A stretch of 64,000 nucleotides of DNA from Planctomycetota bacterium (GTDB lineage Bacteria > Planctomycetota > B15-G4 > SIAN01): the NCBI GenBank assembly GCA_009691715.1, contig SIAN01000013.1, positions 24,868 through 88,867 on the forward strand, given 5' to 3'. The notes under the pieces were generated by a model, which had not been told where the DNA came from, searched no databases, and worked only from the letters and a program-made list of their open reading frames with translations. Of this stretch, positions 29,090 to 36,657 are shown piece by piece. Within the stretch, counting starts at the first letter, position 1. Each line of letters starts with the position of its first letter. A program made the translations under genes and the position numbers.

Positions 29090-29268
29090 ACGGAGCGGCA
29101 AGAGCGCGACGGGGCGCCGAGCGCGCTTCATCGTGACCCCGACCGGGCCTGTTCGCCCTTCCGGTCGGCGAGGCGCTCGGTAAGGTCGCCGCGCGTCTTC
29201 TGCGATCCCCCTTTGCGAATGCGATCGGGGCGCGTGCTTTGGGTGGACGACGCAACGTGAGACAGGCG

Positions 29269-30618
29269 ATGGCTCGACGCCCGAATTCCGCGAAGCTGCC
29301 GTTCACCCTGCTGGTCACTTCGCTGGTTGCAGCCTCTGGCTGCGACAACGCACTCCGAGGCAGTGGCGGCGCCGGGTCGACCATCGACAACACGCACTAC
29401 GAACTCACGTTTGCGTTCGACGACGGCTCGGCCGAGTCGACCGTGGTGATGGGCGCGCTTTCACGCATCGAACTGGCGCTGCCGACAGTCGGTTACTCGC
29501 GCGTGCTGTCGGTGCTGGACGACCTGGTCGACCCGGCGCGGCTCGCCGTCAGTCCGAGCGTGGATCTGGGCGATGTGTCGGGCGACTTCATCGCGGCCGG
29601 CACCAACATCGCCACCACGCTCCACGACCTTGGCCGGCTCCACGCGCTTGAGATGCCCGATGGCCGACCCGGAATCGCGATCGAGATCGATGACGGCGAG
29701 CTGCCGGCGTTCCCGATTGGCCGCATGCTCTGGACCGTGACCGTACTCGACGACATCGACCGCGTCTCGAACCCGCTGCAGGTCGGATTGACGGTGCGTG
29801 CGCCCGACCGGCCGACCGTCGCGTTGTCCTTGCAGATCCCGCCGTTCGGCTCGACCGTCCCGACCGGCGTCTCGCTTCCGATCGATGAGGAGAGCGTGCC
29901 CTACATCGGCAAGAGCCTCGACTTCGTGCTGGCGCTGCGCCTGATCCCGAATCCGGAGTCCGGCGCGATCTTCGAGAGTCTGGTCGTCGATGGCGCGATC
30001 GACATCGCGCGAGTCTCGGTCGTCGCCAACCGGAATCTGGGCGATCCCAAGAATGGCGGCTTCGATGCCGGCACCAACGTCGCGGCGCTGCTCGGTGCCG
30101 ACCTCGATGTGTTGGTCGACGCCGAGACCGGAGAGATGACGATCACGTTGCTCTTCCCGGTAGGCGCCGCCTACTCGCCGCTGCTGGGCGACACGCAGTT
30201 CACGATCTCGGCGATGGACGACGCCGACGTGCGCTCCTTCGACCAGGCGATCTCGCTCCGCGCGGTGACGCCGGTCAAGCTGTCGGCGAACGTGCAGTCG
30301 ATCCTCACGTCGAAGTGCGCGACGACCGTCTGCCACGACAACAGCAGCCCGGCCGCGGGCATGCGGCTCAACAGCGGCCGGACGTTCGGCGACACGGTGC
30401 GAATCCGCTCCGGCCAGACGCCGGAGGACTCGTGCGCGGCGAATCGCATCGAGCCCTACGTCCTCGACGCGTCGTACTTCTGGCACAAGCTCATGGACAC
30501 CCACGAGGATCCTTGTGTCGGCGGATCGGGCGGCGACATGCCTCCGACCGGAAACCTGACCGCAGGGCAGTTGGCGACCATCGAGGATTGGATTCTGCAG
30601 GGCGCGCATGACAACTGA
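29269..30618 (+). CDS. Lipoprotein of unknown function with a C-terminal Planctomycete-cytochrome-c-like (PSCyt-like) domain carrying CX4CH instead of CxxCH
   Basis: 449 aa from ATG 29269 (alternative 29239). Lipobox LLVTSLVAASGC. C-terminus VQSILTSKCATTVCHDNSSPAAGMRLNS...YFWHKL...GDMPPTGNLTAGQLATIEDWILQGA. The CATTVCH codons are at 30316-30336. Its stop overlaps the next gene start by 11 nt. Confidence 0.7.
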   Translation: MARRPNSAKLPFTLLVTSLVAASGCDNALRGSGGAGSTIDNTHYELTFAFDDGSAESTVVMGALSRIELALPTVGYSRVLSVLDDLVDPARLAVSPSVDLGDVSGDFIAAGTNIATTLHDLGRLHALEMPDGRPGIAIEIDDGELPAFPIGRMLWTVTVLDDIDRVSNPLQVGLTVRAPDRPTVALSLQIPPFGSTVPTGVSLPIDEESVPYIGKSLDFVLALRLIPNPESGAIFESLVVDGAIDIARVSVVANRNLGDPKNGGFDAGTNVAALLGADLDVLVDAETGEMTITLLFPVGAAYSPLLGDTQFTISAMDDADVRSFDQAISLRAVTPVKLSANVQSILTSKCATTVCHDNSSPAAGMRLNSGRTFGDTVRIRSGQTPEDSCAANRIEPYVLDASYFWHKLMDTHEDPCVGGSGGDMPPTGNLTAGQLATIEDWILQGAHDN

Positions 30619-32056
30619 ACCGCGTTGCGCAGTGCGCTCGGCCGTCGCTCTCGCCCTCTCCGTCGGACCGTTCGTGTCGAGCGCCGTCGCTGCTCCGACC
30701 GAACGTTTCGCGGAGCGCGAAGGTCTCGCTTGCGCCACCTGCCACGTCGGTACCGACGGCGGCCCGCTGACGGCGTTCGGCCGCGACTACCGCTGGCGCG
30801 CGCCGTTCTTCCAGGATGGCCAGGAAGGTGGCGAACTCGCCGCACCGGTGGGCGCAGGCAGCAGCTCGTTCGGCCGCTGGTCGGGCGAGCTCGCATCGTT
30901 TGCGCGGAGCGGCCGCGACCGCGCCTTCGGCGAGCGCACGCACACCTGGTCGGCGACCGAAACGCTTCGGCTCCGTGGCGACGAGTTGTTCGGCGACGAG
31001 TCGCTGTCGTTCCGCGGCGACGGCTTCGCCAGCAACTGGGACGGCAGCGGCGACTATGGCTTCGACGAAGACTCGCTGGGATTGAGCAGCGCGGAAGTGA
31101 CCTGGCGCGGCGACGCGGCCGGCTCGTTCGTTCGTTTCGGACGGCAGTTCGTCGTGGCGGGCGCAGCGACCCGTCGCGTGGATGGCGCCGCGATAAGGCA
31201 GCCGCTCGGTGAGCGACTCGAGCTCGACCTGTTCGGCGGTGCGCCAGTCGAGGACGGCCTCGGCGGGCGCGGCGGCGACCTCATCACCGGCGGCCGGCTT
31301 GGCGTGCGGCTCGGCCAATCGCTTCGTTTCGGCAGTTCGGCGTACTACGCCAAGGACCATTCCGACCCGAGCGACGTGAAGGGCGGGCTCGACTTGCAAT
31401 GGAGCCCCACGCGACGGTTCGAGCTCTTCACCCACTTCTACTGGGACTGGCTTGCCGACCAGCTCTACGACGCGCGCGCGCACCTGGTCTTCACGCCCAC
31501 GATCGAGTGGCAATTTGCGTACGACTGGACCCGCTCGGTGCCAGGCCTGTTCCTGCCGAAGAGCTCGCTCTACTCGGTCTTCTCCGACGAGGAGTACGTG
31601 GAGCACGGCCTCACGGTCACGCGCCGCTTTTCCTCCGCGCTGTCGGCCAACGTCTTCGGCCGCCACACCGACTACGCCGAGAGCGACTCGCTGGCGCAGG
31701 TTGGGAGCGGGCTCGACGCGCGCTACGGACCGAATGGCGAGGATGCGGTCGGTGCCGAGGCGGGCTGGCAGGACGAGTCGCGCACCAGCTTTGGCGGCAG
31801 CTCGACTGACGACGACGCGCTGTTCGCGCGAATCTGGCACCTGCTCTGGTGGACCGGCTCGATCTACACCGCGGTCGACGCCTCGACCTTGTTCGTGATG
31901 GACGATTCGTTCGAGCGCGATGCCGCGCTGGTCCGCATCGCCGCCGGCTACGACCCGCACGCGTGGTGGGACGCCGAGATCGGCACCGACTGGGTGCGCG
32001 ACCCCGACTTCGAGAGTCGTCTCGACTTGTTCGCGCGCCTGCGCATCCGGTTCTGA
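30608..32056 (+). CDS. Candidate fused monoheme cytochrome c - outer-membrane beta-barrel porin (Cyc2-like architecture)
   Basis: 482 aa. Signal peptide (AVRSAVALALSVGPFVSSAVAAP). A single CxxCH (FAEREGLACATCH, codons 30731-30745) lies immediately after the signal. The remaining ~430 aa are Gly/Asp/aromatic-rich with alternating-residue strands (LDLQWSPT, FELFTHFYWDW, AHLVFTPTIEWQFAYDW) and end in LRIRF, a C-terminal Phe as in OM barrels. Confidence 0.65.
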   Translation: MTTEPRCAVRSAVALALSVGPFVSSAVAAPTERFAEREGLACATCHVGTDGGPLTAFGRDYRWRAPFFQDGQEGGELAAPVGAGSSSFGRWSGELASFARSGRDRAFGERTHTWSATETLRLRGDELFGDESLSFRGDGFASNWDGSGDYGFDEDSLGLSSAEVTWRGDAAGSFVRFGRQFVVAGAATRRVDGAAIRQPLGERLELDLFGGAPVEDGLGGRGGDLITGGRLGVRLGQSLRFGSSAYYAKDHSDPSDVKGGLDLQWSPTRRFELFTHFYWDWLADQLYDARAHLVFTPTIEWQFAYDWTRSVPGLFLPKSSLYSVFSDEEYVEHGLTVTRRFSSALSANVFGRHTDYAESDSLAQVGSGLDARYGPNGEDAVGAEAGWQDESRTSFGGSSTDDDALFARIWHLLWWTGSIYTAVDASTLFVMDDSFERDAALVRIAAGYDPHAWWDAEIGTDWVRDPDFESRLDLFARLRIRF

Positions 32057-32069
32057 GCGGGAGTCGCCG

Positions 32070-33182
32070 ATGACGAAGTCGAACGCGAAGCGCACCCGCT
32101 GGGCCGTGGCGACTGCCGGCGCCCTGCTGCTGTTCGCGGCGTCGTGCATCGTCGTGACCGGTCGCACCGGCGACTCGATCCGCTTTTCTCCCGCCGCGCA
32201 CGCCGACCTGATGCAGGACTGCGATGGCTGCCACGACGGGATCGCCGGCCACGCGGTCGACGCCACGACGCGCCGGGCGCTCGAGGCGAAGTGCATCGCC
32301 TGCCACCAGGACCGGAAGGACGACTGCGCCTACTGCCACACCGATGTGGCCAACGCCGGGACCTTCCCGTACCGCGATCGCGCGCTCCTCTTCAGCCATG
32401 AGACGCACCTCGAACGGACGCACGGCGACTGCGAAGCGTGCCACGTGAACGCCCACGGGACGGTGAACTCGCTGCCCGACCCCGCCGGCCACGCAATGCC
32501 CAAGCACGCCGAATGCTTCTCCTGCCATGAAATGCAGGGCTTCTACGACCAGATGGAGTGCCGCAACTGCCATCAGGATCTGGCGCGCTACGGACTGCTG
32601 CCGTACGAGTCCTTCACGCACGCGGGCGATTTCGTCGGCCGCGGTCACGCACAGCTCCTGCGCTCGACCGGCAACGTCGCGACCTGCGCGCAGTGCCATG
32701 AGCAGTCGTCGTGCGACGAATGCCACTTTGCAGATGTGGGCGCCGGAGCGACCCGCCTCACGCCCGGAATGCGCCTGCCTGAGAAGGTCCACCTCGGGCT
32801 GATCCACCGCGGCGATTACCTCTTCCGCCATCCATGGGACGCGCGCAGCGACCCGGCCTCATGCGTGAAGTGCCACTCGACGAGCTATTGCCGCGACTGC
32901 CACGATGACCGCGGTCTGTCGGCGAAGGCCGCCTTGACGCGCACCGACGGCTTCCAGTTCCACGGGCCGGGCGTGCTCTTCCCCGGATCGAGCGAGTTCC
33001 ATGGCACCGCCGCGCGCCGCGATCCGATCTCCTGCGCCGCCTGCCACGAGGACGGCTCGCAGGCCAACTGCACCAGCTGCCATCGCGAAGGCGCATTCGG
33101 CGGCAACCCGCATCCAGCGGGATTCAAGAGTCGCCTCAACAAGCGGACGGCGTCGGTCTGCCGGCTCTGCCACACGAAGTGA
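32070..33182 (+). CDS. Multiheme c-type cytochrome lipoprotein with 13 CxxCH motifs
   Basis: 370 aa from ATG 32070 (GGGAG 6 nt upstream). Lipobox LLLFAASC. CxxCH sites: CDGCH, CIACH, CAYCH, CEACH, CFSCH, CRNCH, CAQCH, CDECH, CVKCH, CRDCH, CAACH, CTSCH, CRLCH. Many additional His residues could serve as distal ligands. Confidence 0.88.
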   Translation: MTKSNAKRTRWAVATAGALLLFAASCIVVTGRTGDSIRFSPAAHADLMQDCDGCHDGIAGHAVDATTRRALEAKCIACHQDRKDDCAYCHTDVANAGTFPYRDRALLFSHETHLERTHGDCEACHVNAHGTVNSLPDPAGHAMPKHAECFSCHEMQGFYDQMECRNCHQDLARYGLLPYESFTHAGDFVGRGHAQLLRSTGNVATCAQCHEQSSCDECHFADVGAGATRLTPGMRLPEKVHLGLIHRGDYLFRHPWDARSDPASCVKCHSTSYCRDCHDDRGLSAKAALTRTDGFQFHGPGVLFPGSSEFHGTAARRDPISCAACHEDGSQANCTSCHREGAFGGNPHPAGFKSRLNKRTASVCRLCHTK

Positions 33183-33224
33183 CGGCGTGGATCAGTCGCG
33201 CAGGCCGCCGTCGAGGCGGCGGCC

Positions 33225-35005
33225 TCAATGACGCAGGTAGCCGAGCTCGCGCAGCCGCTCGATCTCGGAGGGCGTCAGCTCGCGGCGCTTGGGTCCGCCG
33301 GAGGACGGCAGCGACTCGCTGACGGCGCGATGATCCTCGCGGCACGCCTCGAGCTGCCGCAACGGTCCCTGCAACCGCGCCGGGTCGTCTTGCGCGAGGT
33401 CGTGACGCGCGGCGGGATCGACATCGACGCGGAAGAGCCGCAGTCGTTCCGGCACATCGCCCTGCGCCGGCCAGCGCATCAGTTTCCACGGGCCGACCAC
33501 CAGTGCGTCGCGGTCGACCGGCCGCGTTCCATCGCCGAGGACCAGCAGCCGCGGGCGATCGCTCTCCTCGGGCGGAGCCGGCGCGAGACGATCGACGGCC
33601 AGCACGCGCGGATCGGGCGGAAGGCCGAGCAGTCCCGCGAGCGTCGGCGCGGCACGTCCGGGCCGCGCAGGATCCACGGCACCTGCGTCGACTCGCGATC
33701 AAGCTCCTGGTGAAGGCCAAAACGGCCGTGCTCCTGGAACTCCTCGCCGTGGTCGGCGATCACGCAGACGACGGTCCGCTCGGCGCGGCCGAGCCGTTCG
33801 GCCACCGCCGCGGCTTCGCCGCGATCCGCCTGCTGCGACAACGCCTCGACCGAGCGATCGGATGGCTTCGCGGCGCCTGCGCCGCCGCGCGCCCGCCAAT
33901 GCGGATGGGGTCGGTAGTTGCGGACCAGGAAGGCGTGGACGAACAGGCAGAACGGCTGGTCGGCGTGCCGGCGCAGCCAGTCGAGCGTGAAGTCGACATC
34001 GTCGTGCTCGCCGCGCGCTCGTGCGGCCTTCTGCGCGTCCGGGAGTCGATTCAGCCGCGACCGCGCGCGCGGATCGTCGATGCCGTACCAGTCGAAGCCG
34101 AGGCCGAATCCGCTGCGCGGCTGCACCGGACCGCCGCTGGTGAACGCCGCCGTGGACCAGCCGAGATCGCGGAGCCGCTTCGACCAAAGCAGCGTCTGCA
34201 CCGGATCGATCACTCGATCGTCGGCGTCGGCGGAGAACGCGACCTCGACGATGCCGGGCGCAGCTCCGTACCCCGGTTCCGGACTGGTCACGCTGCCGCG
34301 CCACGTCGGCTGGCCGTCGACCAAGATGGCCAGGTCGACGATTCGACCGCAGTCCGATGACAGCGCTGCCGGACGGAACAGCAGGCGCGGTCGCTCGCGC
34401 GGGACTTCCACTCGCCACGTGACCGAGGCGCCGCTCGGCACCAGCAGCGCATCGCCGGTGGCGTGGAGCAGGTCGACGGTGCGCGCCAGCGGGTGGGTCG
34501 ATTCATCGATCACGAGGCGCGGCAGGGTCGCGAGCTCCGCGATCGAGCGCGACTCGGCGAGTGCGATCCAGTCGAGATCGAGCGGCGCGTCGCCGGAATC
34601 CGCGATCGGGAGTTCGACCCGTTCAATCTCGATCGCATCGTTGAAGGAGATCTGCACCAGGCGCTCCGCCTGCTCGTCCGGCGAGGGCGCTGCCGCGTGG
34701 TGGTGCCAGACCAACAACTGCGCCGGGATGGTGCCGGTGCCGGCAAGTCGTCGCGCGGGGTCGGCGAGGCGTCCGCGGGATCCGCGAGGTCGCGGCCGTC
34801 GAACCAATCACGATCGGGCGCCGCGTCGGCATCGCTGCGCCAGGCCGTCCGACCGAGCGCCGCGCTGCCGGGGGGGCGCCGTCGCGCCTGCGCCGGTGCC
34901 CGCGCCAGGGCCGGAATCGCCGCCGACCGCGCAGGCCGCGGCGACGAACGATCCGACGAAGAGGCTGCGAACGGCAGTTGGGGCAGGAAGGCGGAGACGG
35001 CTCAT
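33225..35005 (-). pseudogene. Decayed paralog of the sulfatase-like lipoprotein at 36638-39118 (frameshifts, internal loss of the catalytic core)
   Basis: The signal/lipobox segment MSRLRLPAPTAVRSLFVGSFVAAAC (34808-35005 frame) runs into a stop. The middle part (track ORF 33479-34807) aligns by eye with the paralog (ALLVPSGASVTWRVEVPRERPRLLF vs ALLVPAAAAITFHVAVPATRPRLRF) but lacks the ~90 aa holding LLISLDTTR...SPSAWTLPTH. The C-terminus (track ORF 33225-33677; GPWKLMRW...EIERLRELGY) is in a different frame. Confidence 0.7.
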
Positions 35006-36657
35006 CGCCGCACCCGGAAGAGTTGCACGAACGGGCCCGGTCGGGCGAAGCCGTCGAAGCCGGAGTAGGGCAGGTAGAGAAGGTCACGCCGATCGAATCG
35101 CGGCGCCACGTCTTCGCGCGTGCGTCCCGCGGCGAGCGGTCCGAAGGCGGCCGCCGGTTCGAGCGCGGGCTCGAGCTGCGCCAGCAGTTCCTCAGGCAGG
35201 TCGAACTGCGAGTCGAGCCAGTGATCGGCGATGACCACCCAGCTGTAGCCCGCAGCGCGCAGCACCGCCGCCGGATCGGCATCGGGCGGGAGTTCCTCTT
35301 GCAGCGGTTTGCCGTCCTGCAGGTCGATGCGCGCGTCGAACCCAGGCGGGAAGGGCCAGGAGTAGCGGCCGATCCAGAGCGCGCGCTCGCCCTCGGCGAG
35401 ATGGGCGCGCAGGTGATCGGCGGCGAGCTCGCGGCTGTCGCGTGCTCGGAGCAGGCGATCCGTCGCGACGATGCGTGCAGTCGACGGCGCGGCGATCGCG
35501 AGGGCGGCGATCGCGATCGACGCGGCGCGCGCCCGCGCCGGGAGGAAGGACGATCCCATTGCCGTGATTGCGCGTGCGGCGAAGAGCGCGGCGATCGGCG
35601 TGAGCGGCAGCATGTAGCGCGCGAAGCCGCGCGTTCCGCTGCCCATGCCGAGGTACCAGGCGAGGGCGAACGCGACGACGATCGGCGTGCCGCGGCTTTC
35701 GCGCAGCGTCGTGATCAGCAGGCCGATCAGCGCGAGGACCGCGACCGGAGCGCCGAGCCCATCGAGGAGCGTGAAGCTCGCGTGGGTCACCCAGCCACGT
35801 TCGGCAAAGCGCGCGTTGGCGGCGGTCTTGTTCTCGAATTCGAAGCGAACGTCGGCGAGGAAGCGGCTCGGCTCGATCAGCGCATGCGGATTGAGCAGGA
35901 GGAACGTCGTTGCCGCGCACGTGCCGGCCAGGAGCAACGAGCCGATCCCCAGCGTCAGGCGGCGGCGCCATGGCGAAGCGCCGGCCGCAGTGGCGTCGTC
36001 GGGCGCGCTCCGGAACGCCTCGATCAAGAGCGGCACAGCCAGCCAGACCGCCGGCTGTTTCACCGCCGCTGCCACTCCGATGGCGACACCGCACCAGGCG
36101 AAACGGCGCCAGCGCGGCCAATCGACCGAACGCACGAACAGCAGCAGCGCGCCCGTCGTCGCCAGCGCGAGCGTCGTGTCGGTCACGCCGAAATGGCTGT
36201 CGCGGCTGTGGAGGTGGCAGAGCGCGAGCAGCAGCGCGGCGATCAGCGCCTCGCCAGCGCCGCGCAGGCGGCGGACCAGCAGGAAGAGCAGCGCCACGGT
36301 GGCGACGCCGGCGCACGCCGACACGATGCGGCTCGCGAGGTAGCCGGCGACGTGCGGCGGGACGCTCGGGTCGCTGTCGGGTGCGGCGAGTTCGAGCCCG
36401 AGTCGCGCGCCCGCGGAGAGCATCGGGAAGAGCGCCGGATAGGCGAAGCTCCTCGGGCTCCACTCGCCTTCGAGCATCTTCGAGGCGTAGCCCGCGACGC
36501 GGTTTTCGTCGGGCCGCGCGTAAGGGATCGCGAGGCCGAATTCGAGGCCGGTGAAGCGCGCGATGGCTGCCACCGCGAGGATCAGCACCAGCGCCAGCGC
36601 GATCCGTCCGCGGAGTGGCGGCGGGCGATCGACCGCGTCATCCATCGCCGTAGCCAA
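35002..36657 (-). CDS. Polytopic membrane glycosyltransferase, GT39/ArnT/PMT_2-like
   Basis: 551 aa with about 10+ hydrophobic helices. The early loop ARPDENRVAGYA has a DE-type motif like the ArnT/PMT family; the C-terminal ~130 aa are soluble. Its start overlaps the upstream stop by 20 nt, and its stop overlaps the downstream start as ATGA. Confidence 0.6.
   Translation of the reverse strand: MATAMDDAVDRPPPLRGRIALALVLILAVAAIARFTGLEFGLAIPYARPDENRVAGYASKMLEGEWSPRSFAYPALFPMLSAGARLGLELAAPDSDPSVPPHVAGYLASRIVSACAGVATVALLFLLVRRLRGAGEALIAALLLALCHLHSRDSHFGVTDTTLALATTGALLLFVRSVDWPRWRRFAWCGVAIGVAAAVKQPAVWLAVPLLIEAFRSAPDDATAAGASPWRRRLTLGIGSLLLAGTCAATTFLLLNPHALIEPSRFLADVRFEFENKTAANARFAERGWVTHASFTLLDGLGAPVAVLALIGLLITTLRESRGTPIVVAFALAWYLGMGSGTRGFARYMLPLTPIAALFAARAITAMGSSFLPARARAASIAIAALAIAAPSTARIVATDRLLRARDSRELAADHLRAHLAEGERALWIGRYSWPFPPGFDARIDLQDGKPLQEELPPDADPAAVLRAAGYSWVVIADHWLDSQFDLPEELLAQLEPALEPAAAFGPLAAGRTREDVAPRFDRRDLLYLPYSGFDGFARPGPFVQLFRVRR

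Noticed and set aside
29139-29168. Hairpins after guaA (29139-29168) and after the 59563-60771 gene (60780-60811) as intrinsic terminators
   Set aside because: Eight-bp GC stems exist (CCGACCGG/CCGGTCGG and CCGGTCCG/CGGACCGG). However, the loops are 14-16 nt and no T-tract follows, so this is not enough to call terminators.
30491-32831. 601-aa and 404-aa minus-strand ORFs over the cytochrome genes
   Set aside because: The plus-strand products have signal peptides, CxxCH motifs and coherent architecture. The minus-strand translations are Arg/Ala-rich with no features.
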